A program made the position numbers and the translations under genes. DNA of 64,000 nt from NCBI GenBank assembly GCA_002269645.1, contig NIVC01000793.1:62001-126000 (forward strand), written 5' to 3'. Under the pieces are notes generated by a model, which searched no databases, was not told the DNA's origin, and worked only from the letters and a program-made list of their open reading frames with translations. Position 1 is the stretch's first letter, and each line of letters opens with the position of its first letter. Shown in pieces: positions 36,229-48,098 of this stretch. This DNA comes from Macrostomum lignano (lineage: Eukaryota).

Positions 36229-36576
36229 TCACCGTTGCTGAACAGCGGACACGTCAGCTTCGGCCAACCCCGCCGGCCAGTTCTCCAGCAGAGCCAGCCA
36301 GGCCTCCCGTTCGGCCAGCGCGTCGCCCTGCCGTCGATCCAGCTGGCGCAGCACGTCGGAGCATTTAGTCAAGTTGCCAGACGGGTGCTCCTGCCGGCAG
36401 CGGGTGGCGGCCGCGTACCAGCTGGCGAAATAGTCGCTGCCAGGCTGCAGCGCGGTGGAGTAGCAGCGCAGACCGCCGCCCATCGGGTCCGACTGCTCAT
36501 TGTCCGAGTTGTCCGCGGCCGAGCGAATTGTCTCTACGGAGTGACGCAACCGCTCCGAGATCAGCGTCTGGCCCAT
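36229..36576 (-). CDS. Orphan coding-like segment (115 aa), product unknown; possibly the first exon of a larger gene
   Basis: ATG start preceded by ctag|gcagtcagc; GC content like the neighbouring exons within AT-rich flanks; ends in CG|GTGACC, a stop overlapping a possible donor. No motif recognised. Confidence 0.4.
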   Translation of the reverse strand: MGQTLISERLRHSVETIRSAADNSDNEQSDPMGGGLRCYSTALQPGSDYFASWYAAATRCRQEHPSGNLTKCSDVLRQLDRRQGDALAEREAWLALLENWPAGLAEADVSAVQQR

Positions 36577-36778
36577 GCTGACTGCCTAGCGCTTATTTTA
36601 TTAGGTATTTGTGCGCCACTGCTTCAAAACTGCATCAATTTCGGAAACCAATGCAAACAGGCTAATGCTTAAACATTGCATATTTTTTCTTGTATGCGTT
36701 AACGATTTCATGATAATTGAAAGCGCTAATGCATTCAATTCGATACCATGTACATGTATGCCTTAGGGCCTAGGCTTA

Positions 36779-36779
<1 letters not shown>

Positions 36780-36834
<55 letters not shown>

Positions 36835-36835
36835 A

Positions 36836-36867
<32 letters not shown>

Positions 36868-36912
36868 ATAGTAGTAGTAGTAGTAGTAGTAGCAGTAGTA
36901 GTAGTAGTAGTA
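36780..36912. repeat. (TAG)n microsatellite, left part
   Basis: Trimer run abutting the transposon TIR. Confidence 0.97.
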
Positions 36913-37619
36913 TACCTTTTTACGTTCTATTTGATAAAAACTGCAACCAATTTGGCCACGGCTCAGCCTGACGCAGCCGCAGCAATTTTCCATAGACAGC
37001 CACCGCTAGCGGCAACCAATTTGGTAAAAACTGCGAGCTATTTTGCCAGCTTGAAGATAGCAGCTCAATAGCATAACAATAACGATAAAGAATGTTAACA
37101 ATACATGCACGAAGTCAGAACATTATGTCCTCAGCATTCAAGCACCGATTGAAGTACGTCTGGGAATGGTTGATCCAGCGCAGGCACTTGAGAGGCGTGA
37201 GAGGCAGTAGGTTGACCTTCGACGAATTGAACAATGGTGTCCACCATAGCCTCCGTCAGCGCCATACTCTTCACTCCTCCTTTTGGCAGAGTGCCAACTC
37301 TACCAGTTCGTTCATACGTGGTCACGATGTTCCTCACTGTCGGTTTCTTCATCCCCATCATTCTGCCAAGCTCTCCCCAGTCGTCGCCACTCCTGTACGC
37401 TCTCACGATTCGCTCTCGATCCAGCTGACTTATCTTTTGGTACGGCCCACGATTCGCCATCAGAGCAGCTGCTATCTTCAAGCTGGCAAAATAGCTCGCA
37501 GTTTTTACCAAATTGGTTGCCGCTGGCGGTGGCTGTCTATGGAAAATTCTATGTCTATGGTCAGGCTGAGCCGTGGCCAAATTGGTTGCAGTTTTTATCA
37601 AATAGAACGTAAAAAGGTA
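36913..37619 (-). mobile_element. Internally deleted Tc1/mariner-superfamily element (~707 bp) with ~155-bp TIRs and TA TSD
   Basis: TIRs start TACCTTTTTACGTTCTATTTG, with TA on both flanks. ATG at 37460 gives MANRGPYQKISQLDRERIVRAY...(HTH)...LPKGG, joined out of frame to a transposase-like C-terminus LTPLKCLRWINHSQTYFNRCLNAEDI. Confidence 0.85.
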
Positions 37620-37691
<72 letters not shown>

Positions 37692-37692
37692 C

Positions 37693-37724
<32 letters not shown>

Positions 37725-37738
37725 CAGCAGCAGTAGTA
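37620..37738. repeat. (TAG)n microsatellite, right part
   Basis: Trimer run abutting the other TIR. Confidence 0.97.
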
Positions 37739-38397
37739 TAAAAGCTAGTTTCTAAGAAATAAACATATTTCTCAACCGGAGCCGCTGTTCATTAAACAAA
37801 TAATTTCAAAGCCGGAAAAACGCCAGGAAAGCAAGCCCAGCAAAAAAATTCGAGAATAAAATATGAAAATAAGTTTATGATGAAATAAATATTACAGCAT
37901 CACACCGATATTTAAAGAATAGACACTACTATACTAAAGTACTGACAAGTATGGACTATAAAAATATAACAAATTAAATTGTAGTGCAGACAAATACCAG
38001 CACTAATTTTATAGATTATTCGGTACAGTTAACTAAATAAGCTAGCGAAAAAATGCAAAAACACAAAAAGATTGCAAAAATGCTCCGAGTTACGTAACTA
38101 GCACAGAGTTACGTAATAAGTAAGCGTTTGCAGGAATAACAACTAAGCAGATACAGTTGAGTTGAAAAAACCGACAGAAAAAATACACATTTTTAGAATA
38201 ATGAATAATAAAGTCGCAATCCTCGTGAGCGTCGCTTTTTAAAATAAATCGAATTTAAATTTTGTTTTGTTTGAATTACATTGAAAAAAACCGGATCTCA
38301 AAGATTGCCGGTAACGCCAGCTGACGTAAAATTGGTTTTGAAAAGTATCAAGTTGAGATGTCACTTTTTCGTCAGATTGCCGTCATCGGGTGGGTCG

Positions 38398-40258
38398 TCA
38401 CTTGCGGGCAGCTCGGGCCAGCCGCTTCGCCTCTTTCAGCAGATGTGGCGACGTCTGACAGCAGCCGGACTTTCGCTTGCGAGCCATCGTTGCAACGTCG
38501 GCGGCACCGTTGGCCCCGTCGCTAATGGCAACCGATTCTTCGACTATCGATGACGAACTGTTTGACGATGCCGCCGCCCTAGCAACTGCTGACGATTTCG
38601 TATTCGATGAAGAGGCCTTAGCAACAGGCGCTGTTGACCTTGGAGATGCCTTAGCAACACGCGTTGATTTTGGAGTTGTCTTAGCAACGGGCGTTTTCGA
38701 CCTTGGAGACGCCTTAGCAACGGACGTTTTCGACCTCGGAGACGCCTTAGCAACGGGCGTTTTCGACCTCGGAGACGCCTTAGCAACGGGCGTTGTTGAC
38801 TTAGTAGGCGCCTTAGCAACGGACTTCGGCCTAGCAGAAGCCGCCGCTGCGGCAGTTTTTGCTGTCGCCTTGGCAACGCCATTGCTAGTAGTAGAGTCGA
38901 CTTTGTCGGCAGACGCGTCGGCCCGCCGCTGCAGAAGGGCCCGCAGCCGGGCATACTGCGGCCTCTCGTGATAGCCCAGCCCGGCGGCGTGGCGAAGCAC
39001 CTCGGCTACGGCTTCGGCGTCGGCGGAGCCTCTAGCAAATTGGCAGCGGCCGAGAAAGCCGGCCAGATCCGCCATGGCCGCCTCTTTCGCGCGCTGCACC
39101 CGCTCGTTTTCGTTGCGATATTGTTGCCACGGCAGGTCGCCAGTCAGCCAGGCCAGCAGGCACCAGCCAAGATTCTCAAGATCGGCGCGGGGCGTCGGTG
39201 CGAGGCCGCGATGGGCGTCGCGGCTGCAGTACTCGGAGGTGCCGTCGTGACGACGCTTTGGGTCCTCCTGGGCGGTGCGGTGCGGCCGAGAGGGGAAAGT
39301 TAGAAAGGTGAGATTCACACTAGATTCTATATTGGCTACAGGTGAGATTCACACTACATTCTATATTGGCTACAGGTGAGATTCACACTAGATTCTATAT
39401 TGGCTACAGGTGAGATTCACACTAGATTCTACATAGGCTACAGGTGAGATTCACACTGTATTCTACATTGGCTACAGGTGAGATTCACACTAGAGATTCA
39501 CGCTAAGCTGCTCAGCCCCGGCACACACACGACACGGAAGTTGGGAAATAAAAATCGGCTGGATCAACAACAGAGCTGCTAACCTTCTCCTCCTTCAGCC
39601 AGCGACCATCGGCCGAGTACCGAAACGCCAGGCCAAAGTCGGCCAGGTACACCCGGTCGGCGCCAGACGTTAACAAATTGGACGCCTTGACATCGGCGTG
39701 GGCGTAGCCGCTGTCGTGAACAAACTCCAGAGCGTCCAGCACGCGAACGGCCACGGCGAAAGCGCGCCTAGCGGGCACGCGGCCCAGACTGTCCCGCTGC
39801 TTGTCGAACTGCTTCTCAAGATCCTCGCCCAGCCGTTCGATGGCCAGGAACCTGTGATCCTGACCGGCATGGCTGGCGGTGCCGCAGCCGTAGAATCTCG
39901 GCACGCCGACATAGTCGAGACGCTTAGCGGCGGCCCAGTCGCCAACCCGGCTGCCGTCGGCGGCACGCTGATAAAAGTGCATCTCGCAGAACAGCGGCCC
40001 GTTGCCCTTGGGCTCGGCTTTGATCACGCAGTCAATTGGCTGGGCGCCGTCTTCGCCGCCGCCGCCGGTGCCGAGGTACACCAAGCCGAAGCCGCCCTCG
40101 CCGATGACGCGACCAACTCGCCAGATTTGCTTCTTTAAGTCGACAAGGCGGGTGCCTTCGGGCAGTTGAATCTTGGCTGGCGTTCGTTTGCTAACACCTG
40201 CCGGCTTCTTTTTTGCAGCAGCGGCAGCAGCAGCGGGGCGCTTAGCGGGAGGTGCCAT
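38398..40258 (-). CDS. VRK1: VRK-family (vaccinia-related / NHK-1-like) Ser/Thr kinase, 514 aa, 2 exons
   Basis: Exons 40258-39584 and 39267-38398 (phase 0). Motifs IGEGGFGLVY, VIKAEPKGNGPLFCEMHFY, HADVKASNLL, LADFGLA, EDPKRRHDGT and DAHRG..P..RADLENLG. The symbol is family-level only. Confidence 0.92.
39306..39495. repeat. 34-bp tandem repeat in the VRK intron
   Basis: Unit AGGTGAGATTCACACTAGATTCTATATTGGCTAC, ~5.5 copies. Confidence 0.93.
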
Positions 40259-40891
40259 GTTGCCAGGTAAGCCGGTCTGGGCATGCATGAAATTCGTCTT
40301 TCAAATAAGCAGTCATTGCGAATTTAGGCAAAATAGTACTGATTGCTATACACTTATGGAGCTAGAAAAATACTATCTAGTACTAACTAAAAATATCTTC
40401 TTTCTTCTCTCTCCTCTCTTCCCTTTTATTCCCTCGCTTCTCCTTTCTCCCATCACTCTTCTCTTTTCTCTGTCCTCTGACCCGAATTCACGTACATGTA
40501 CAGGTACAGGTACATGTACAGGTTCCCTATCTGACACTTGACGTAAAAAAGTTTGCCGAGCCCTGATGTAGACTGATTGAGCATTCTGTGTAAGTTCTGT
40601 AGCTTCTACAGCTGGGGCTGGGAGCTGTTCTCGCATCGAGCTTGCAGCCCAAACATTTCTCCTCTTGAGATTGACTTTTATTTGTTATCCCTAACCCTAC
40701 TTTTTGGCCAAGAAAAAGTTCACCAACGAAGATGAGTTGAAGAAAAGGGGACCCTGGATCAACTAAACAAAAAAGTGAATAGCAGGCCTATTAAACGTGC
40801 ATAAAAATGTACATAATCTACATAAATCTATTGTTATCTTTGAAATGAATACTCGTAAAGGCGGTGGGAAATGTAATTTTTGTTACTAAGG

Positions 40892-42742
40892 CAGGGGTCA
40901 GCAAACATTTTCAACTCAAGGACGAGATATGGAACCTAGCGCATGACTGCGGGTCAGAGAGAGAAGAAAGGTGAGAGGGCATATGAGAAAGGACAGTGGA
41001 GAGGAGGGTAGAGAAGAGAGAGGTGAGATGAGAGAGGAGAGGGGGGAGTAGGGGGACACGAGAGGGGAGATGAGGAGAGACAGAGGAGAGGGGAGAAGAG
41101 GGGAGCCAGAGGAGAGGGGAGAAGAGGGGAGCCAGAGGAGAGGGGAGAAGAGGGGAGCCAGAGGAGAGGGGAGATGAGGGGAGCCAGAGGAGAGGGGAGA
41201 TGAGGGGAGCCAGAGGAGAGGGGAGAAGAGGGGAGCCAGAGGAGAGGGGAGAAGAGGGGAGCCAGAGGAGAGGGAGAAGAGGGGAGCCAGAGGAGAGGGG
41301 AGAAGAGGGGAGCCAGAGGAGAGGGGAGAAGAGGGGAGCCAGAGGAGAGGGGAGAAGAGGGGAGCCAGAGGAGAGGGGAGAAGAGGGGAGCCAGAGGAGA
41401 GGGGAGAAGAGGGGAGCCAGAGGAGAGGGGAGATGAGGGGAGCCAGAGGAGAGGGGAGATGAGGGGAGCCAGAGGAGAGGGGAGAAGAGGGGAGCCAGAG
41501 GAGAGGGGAGAAGAGGGGAGCCAGAGGAGAGGGGAGAAGAGGGGAGCCAGAGGAGAGGGGAGAAGAGGGGAGCCAGAGGAGAGGGGAGATGAGGGGAGCC
41601 AGAGGAGAGGGGAGATGAGGGGAGCCAGAGGAGAGGGGAGAAGAGGGGAGCCAGAGGAGAGGGGAGATGAGGGGAGCCAGAGGAGAGGGGAGATGAGGGG
41701 AGCCAGAGGAGAGGGGAGAAGAGGGGAGAAGAGGGAGATGAGGGGAGCCAGAGGAGAGGGGAGAAGAGGGGAGCCAGAGGAGAGGGGAGAAGAGGGGAGC
41801 CAGAGGAGAGGGGAGAAGAGGGGAGCCAGAGGAGAGGGGAGAAGAGGGGAGCCAGAGGAGAGGGGAGAAGAGGGGAGCCAGAGGAGAGGGGAGATGAGGG
41901 GAGCCAGAGGAGAGGGGAGATGAGGGGAGCCAGAGGAGAGGGGAGAAGAGGGGAGCCAGAGGAGAGGGGAGATGAGGGGAGCCAGAGGAGAGGGGAGATG
42001 AGGGGAGCCAGAGGAGAGGGGAGAAGAGGGGAGAAGAGGGGAGATGAGGGGAGCCAGAGGAGAGGGGAGAAGAGGGGAGCCAGAGGAGAGGGGAGATGAG
42101 GGGAGCCAGAGGAGAGGGGAGATGAGGGGAGCCAGAGGAGAAGGGGAGATGAGGGGAGCCAGAGGAGAGGGGAGAAGAGGGGAGCCAGAGGAGAGGGGAG
42201 ATGAGGGGAGCCAGAGGAGAGGGGAGATGAGGGGAGCCAGAGGAGAAGGGGAGATGAGGGGAGCCAGAGGAGAGGGGAGAAGAGGGGAGCCAGAGGAGAG
42301 GGGAGATGAGGGGAGCCAGAGGAGAGGGGAGATGAGGGGAGCCAGAGGAGAGGGGAGAGGAGGAGAGCCAGAGGAGAGGGGAGATGAGGGGGACAAGAGA
42401 TGGGAGAGGAGGGGAGACAGGAGAGGGGAGATGGGAGAGGAGAGAAAGAGGAGAGGGGAGATGAGGGGAGATGAGGGGAGCCAGAGGAGTGGGGAGAGGA
42501 GGAGAGCCAGAGGAGAGGGGAGATGAGGGGGACAAGAGAGGGGAGAGGAGAGGGAGACAGGAGAGGGGAGATGGGAGAGGAGGGAAGAGGGGAGCCAGAG
42601 GAGAGAGGAGGGGAGATGAGGAGAGGAGAAAAAAGAGAGCTGAGAAAAGACACAAGCCTTGAGCGGACCGGATTTCTATAGTAAAGCATCAAAGAACCGG
42701 AGGGCCGGAGAGGCTTCGCGGGCCAGATTTTGCTGAGCCCTG
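40892..42742. mobile_element. hAT-type non-autonomous element, same family as 14027-14989, with internal 26-bp satellite
   Basis: TIR CAGGGGTCAGCAAA / TTTGCTGAGCCCTG; degenerate TSD TACTAAGG/AACTAATG; subterminal sequences shared with 14027-14989. Confidence 0.85.
41090..42400. repeat. 26-bp purine-rich minisatellite (GAGGGGAGCCAGAGGAGAGGGGAGA[A/T])
   Basis: GCCAGA recurs every 26 nt (41105, 41131 and onward). Confidence 0.96.
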
Positions 42743-43599
42743 AACTAATGGGACATGATGGGACATGATGGGACAATGGGACATCTAACACGTCAAATCT
42801 ATTTAATGGCGTTAATAAATGGAAACTCATAGAAGAACAGACCTAACATAAAATAAGTCTCCGTTTATTTGACCTTGAAACTAAACAAATCCAAAATAAA
42901 TTTACACTACTATTAGTACTAAGAAGCTTTATGCTACCGTTTAAAGCCTATTAAAAAGAGAAAATTGTATTTTTTAAAGATGACTGCATCGGGGCATGAC
43001 AAAAGCAGCAGATGTAGGAGAAATAATGATTAGAATGTTCATTATAAACTAATAATAATAGTAAAACACAGTAATCTCTAAGAACTTCGTTCGAACTAAA
43101 CAAATAACAAAAAATGCAAACCAATTAGCAAAATAATGACTACAGAATAAAAATTAACTAAAATTAATTTATAATTAGACTGAGCATACTGCTCAACTAA
43201 GCAATAAAGGAATTAGCAAATATGCATTTAAAAGTACAACCTAAGAGATTTATTGTCTGAAGAAAATATGGGCAATAATAGACAGTAGACTTAGGACTTT
43301 ACTAGTTTGTTGCAGCAGATTTCCAATAGTTTTAATAGACTATCTCTTTGCAATATACTACTGCAGTAGTCTATCGTGTACACCAGTTATAATATTAAGA
43401 GAGCCAGCAGTAAAGTTAATCTAATTTTTAGAATATAAATTACATCGACAGCGAATGGGATAATCTTGGACAGATGACATAAATGAAAAAAGATCTTGGA
43501 TAATACATATTTTAAAAAATTACAATCTCACACTACGATTGCTATCGCATATCAAAAGATAGGAGGACTCACATAATCTCTGTTAGATAGCATGAATCT

Positions 43600-43790
43600 C
43601 ATAGTGAGATTGGATGACTCTCACAATGAGATGGGATGTATCTCATAGTGAGATGGGATGAATCTCATTGTGAGATGGGGGATGAATCTCACTGTGAGAT
43701 GGGGGTGAATCTCATAGCGAGATGGGATAAATCTCATAGCGACATAGGATAAATGTCATATTAGGAGATTGGACAATCCCATACAGAGAT
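43600..43790. repeat. Degenerate ~24-bp repeat (GAATCTCATAGTGAGATGGGAT)
   Basis: About 7 imperfect copies just downstream of the GDH stop. Confidence 0.7.
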
Positions 43791-43892
43791 AAGAGGAATC
43801 TTAAACTAAAATAATTATTATAGCAAGTTGGCCTGAATACCTCAGACACCAATTAATGCTAAACCATACATAGACAATAAAAGTACATCCGA

Positions 43893-46800
43893 TCAGATAA
43901 ACAGCATGCCAGACGTGCGGTAAACCTGATAGATCTTCTCAATAGCTCCGATGAAAGCTGCAGTGCGCAGGTCCAGGCCCAGGTTGTATTTCATGCCAAT
44001 TCGCATCATGTTATTAGCCGATCTGGCCATTGTGTAGGCCAGGCCAGAGTGGACAATGTCCACCTCGTTAGCGCCAGCCATTCTAGCCTCGTATTCGCTA
44101 GTGGGAGTCACAGGAATCTTGCCGCCGTGACGGCCGAACTTGCGCTCTAGAGACTGCTGCACGCTCTCCAGCAGCTGGTAGTTGGAGTCGCGCTCGTACT
44201 TGAACGTGAGTCGGCCATAGCTCACGTGGTTGAGATTCTTCAGCCATTCAAAATAGGACACGGTGACGCCGCCAGCGTTCAGGTACAGATCCGGAATCAC
44301 CAGCACATTCTTGTCGCGCAGGATCTGCTCGGCTCCGCCTGTGGTCGGACCGTTGGCGCCTTCGGCTATGATGCGGGCCTGGATTCGATCCGCGTTGCCA
44401 GCATTGATGGCCTTTTCTGACGCGGCCGGCACCAGGATGTCGCATTTCTCGAACATCAGCTCGTCCTTGGGCTCGTAGGCCTTGGCTCCGGGGAAGCCCA
44501 CGATGCTGCCCTGCTCCTGTAAAGTAATACCCCCGGCTCATTAGTAATACCCCTGGCTCATTAGTAATACCCCTGGCTCATTAGTAATACCCTGACTCAT
44601 TAGTAGTACCCCCGGCTCATTAGTAATACCCGACTCATTAGTAATACCCCGACTCATTAGTAATACCCCGACTCATTTGTAATACCCCCGGCTCATTAGT
44701 AATACCCCCGGCTCATTAGTAATACCCCGGCTCATTAGTAATACCCCGACTCATTAGTAATACCCCGACTCATTAGTAATACCAGACTCATTAGTAATAC
44801 CCCCGGCTCATTAGTAATACCAGACTCATTAGTAATACCCGACTCATTAGTAATACCCCCGGCTCATTAGTAATACCCCGACTCATTAGTAATACCCCCG
44901 GCTCATTATTAATACCAGACTCATTAGTAATACCCGACTCATTAGTAATACCCCGACTCATTAGTAATACCCCTGGCTCATTAGTAATACCCCAGGCTCA
45001 TTAGTAATACCCCTGGCTCATTAGTAATACCCTGACTCATTAGTAGTACCCCCGGCTCATTAGTAATACCCCCCTCATTAGTAATACCCGACTCATTAGT
45101 AATACCCCCGGCTCATTAGTAATACCAGACTCATTAGTAATACCCGACTCATTAGTAATACCCCCGGCTCATTAGTAATACCCCGACTCATTAGTAATAC
45201 CCCCGGCTCATTATTAATACCAGACTCATTAGTAATACCCGACTCATTAGTAATACCCCGACTCATTAGTAATACCCCGACTCATTAGTAATACCCCCGG
45301 CTCATTAGTAATACCCCGACTCATTAGTAATACCCCCGGCTCATTAGTAATACCCCGACTCATTAGTAATACCCCGACTCATTAGTAATACCCCGAATCT
45401 TTAGTTTAGTAATACCCGACTCATTAGTAATACCCCGACTCATTAGTTCAATAATACGCGACTTACAATGCCGCTGCTGCCCAACTTACAATTTTATAAT
45501 TCTCCAAATCCTTGGGATCAATGCCGTCAGGATTGTAAATGGCTCCGTCAAACTCGATGACGCCCACGCACTTGGCTCCGGCCCTGTGCAGGTAGCGCAT
45601 GGAGTGCAGGCCAACATTGCCGAAGCCCTGTATAATAAAGGTCTTATCGCCAAAGCCAGGCGTGAGGCCCACCTGGCTCATGTAGCTGGCCTCGTTGATG
45701 AAGTTCTCGATGCCGTGGAACACGCCCTGTGCAATTGAGTATGTACATTTTTCATAGCCTTACAAGCTTCAAATTTCACCTTTTATAAGTGTTTTAGGCC
45801 TGGTCACTTCCGCTAGCTCATAGCTTATAAAGAATCCGGCGATACTCGAATACTGGAAACTTTTTCATTGTTATAAATCTATCTATACATATACTAAAAC
45901 TGATGTGTCGTTTATCTTTGTGTATGTTCGATAACTTAAACTATAAAGGTAGAAGTTTCTGATTTTTAAATACATAAAATACTGCTTGAAATGTCCCATT
46001 TCTACTTTAAGTAGTCAAATTTGAATGTTTACTCCGTTAAATAAAATTGTTCTCCCTCACTCACCCGTCCGGTGGCGGAAATCCGGCCGTGAATGCCGCC
46101 CATAGAGATTGGCTTGCCAGTGACGCAGGCGTACGAGTCCAGATCCTTAAAGCCTAATACAAGTGAGCGTTTGGGTAGACAATAGACTGGGTAGAAAACA
46201 GACTGTGGAAGGGTAGACAGTGGACTGGGAAGAGTAGACAGCGGACTGGGAAGAGTAGACAGCGGACTGGGAAGAGTAGACAGCGGACTGGGAAGAGTAG
46301 ACAGCAGACTGGGAAGAGTAGACATGCAGCGGACTGGGAAGAGTAGACAGCGGACTGGGAAGAGTAGACAGTGGACTGGGAAGAGTAGACAGCAGACTGG
46401 GAAGAGTAGACAGTGGACTGGGAAGAGTAGACAGCAGACTGGGAAGAGTAGACATGCAGCGGACTGGGAAGAGTAGACAGCGGACTGGGAAGAGTAGACA
46501 GCGGACTGGGAAGAGTAGACAGCGGACTGGGAAGAGTAGACAGCGGACTGGGAAGAGTAGACAGCGGACTGGGTACAGCAGACCACGAAGAGGGTACGAC
46601 AGCGCGAGTAGACAGCAGAAAAAAATCTAAGCAGACAGTGAAGACAGACTGACAGTAGAGCTCCATCAGCGGACAATTAGCCAGCCTGAGCAGCCTCACC
46701 GTGTGTATTAGAGTAAGTGTCGGCAATCCAGCTCATCTCCCGCTCTCCAGTGCCCATATCGGGTGCGGGCACGTCAACGCCGGGCCCAATAAATCCTTTC

Positions 46801-48098
46801 TTAGCCAATTCGACAGTGAATCGTCTGGTGATTTTTTCTAATTCGTTCTCCGAATAGTCCTTGGGGTTGATGGCTAAGCCGGCCTTGGCGCCGCCAAATG
46901 GGACGTCAACTACGGCGCACTTGTAGGTCATTAGAGCGGCCAGGGCCATCACCTGGATTGACGTGTGTGTAAATCATCAAGTGTAAGTCAAGTGTAAGTC
47001 ATCATCAACCAGGAATGGAGGAGGGATCGCGGGGGTTCGAGATCAGAATCCCAACTTTCGCGGATATCCTGGGGATTTTGGGATCAGGATCACAATTTTT
47101 GCGGATATCCTGGAGTTCGGGATCAGGATCCCAATTTTTGTGGATATCCTGGGATTTCGGGATCAGGATCCCAATTTTCGAGGATATCCTGGGATTTCAG
47201 GATCAGGATCCCGATTTTTGCGAATATCTTGGGATTCCGGGATGAGGATCCGAATTTTTACAGATATCTTGGGATTCCGGGTTGAGGATCCCAATTTTTA
47301 CAGATATCCCAGGATTTCGGGATCAGGATCCAGATTTTTGCGGATATCCCAGGATGATTTCGGGATCAGGATCCCAGTTTTTGCGGATATCCCAGGATGA
47401 TTTCGGGATCAGGATCCCAGTTTTTGCGGATATCCCAGGATGATTTCGGGATCAGGATCCCAGTTTTTGCGGATATCCCAGGATGATTTCGGGATCAGGA
47501 TCCCAGTTTTTGCGGATATCCCAGGATTTCGGGATCAGGATCCCAGTTTTTGCGGATATCCCAGGATTTCCGGATCAGGATCCTAACTTTTGCGGATATC
47601 CCGGGACTTCGGGAACAGGAGCTCCATTTTTGCGGATATCCTGGGATTCCGGGATCAGGATCCCAATTCATACCGGGATTACTAGACACGAACCTCGTTC
47701 TTATTAACATCCGTGGCGTAGCGGATGCCGCCTTTGCACGGAATCCTGTGCAGCGAGTGCTGCGCCCTCCAGCCGCGAATGATTTCAAATCGGCCGTCGT
47801 CGCGCCTAACCGGGAACGTCACCTCGAGCACGTGATTGCAAGGCTTCACTGTGCTCAGAATGCCTCGAACGCGTTTGCTGCGCTCTTCAATTGGTATTTT
47901 CGACGGCATCTCGTCAATTAGTTTCGGCTCGAGTAGGCCTGCCGCTTTGTCGAAGAATTTCTCGACCATCTCAAAGAACGGCGGCTCAGCCTGTCCGTCG
48001 GCGGCGGCTGCAGAGGACAGAGCCGCCGTCGATCGATGCCAGCTGCCGCGCCGCATCGCGATGGCGGAGGAGGAATTGAAAAGCCGGCGTGAAAGCAT
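43893..48098 (-). CDS. GLUD1: Glutamate dehydrogenase, mitochondrial (metazoan type with antenna), 535 aa, 5 exons
   Basis: Exons 48098-47694, 46952-46700, 46153-46065, 45726-45490 and 44516-43893 (total 1608 nt, phases consistent). Arg/Ser-rich presequence; motifs [40 protein letters not shown] and [12 protein letters not shown]. Confidence 0.96.
44521..45450. repeat. ~19-22-bp minisatellite filling GDH intron 4 (CTCATTAGTAATACCCC[C]G[G/A])
   Basis: About 44 copies with a variable C-run; the array begins 2 nt from the acceptor CAG. Confidence 0.96.
46205..46575. repeat. 21-bp minisatellite in GDH intron 2 (GCGGACTGGGAAGAGTAGACA)
   Basis: Period directly visible. Confidence 0.95.
47030..47670. 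repeat. 40-43-bp minisatellite in GDH intron 1 (GATTTCGGGATCAGGATCCCAGTTTTTGCGGATATCCCAG)
   Basis: Imperfect array with palindromic GGATCC/GGATATCC cores. Confidence 0.93.

Noticed and set aside
36748-37071. Poly-Val and poly-Tyr ORFs
   Set aside because: Translations of the (TAG)n microsatellite.
40911-42830. 480-640-aa Ser/Pro/Leu-rich ORFs
   Set aside because: Translations of the 26-bp satellite inside a hAT MITE.
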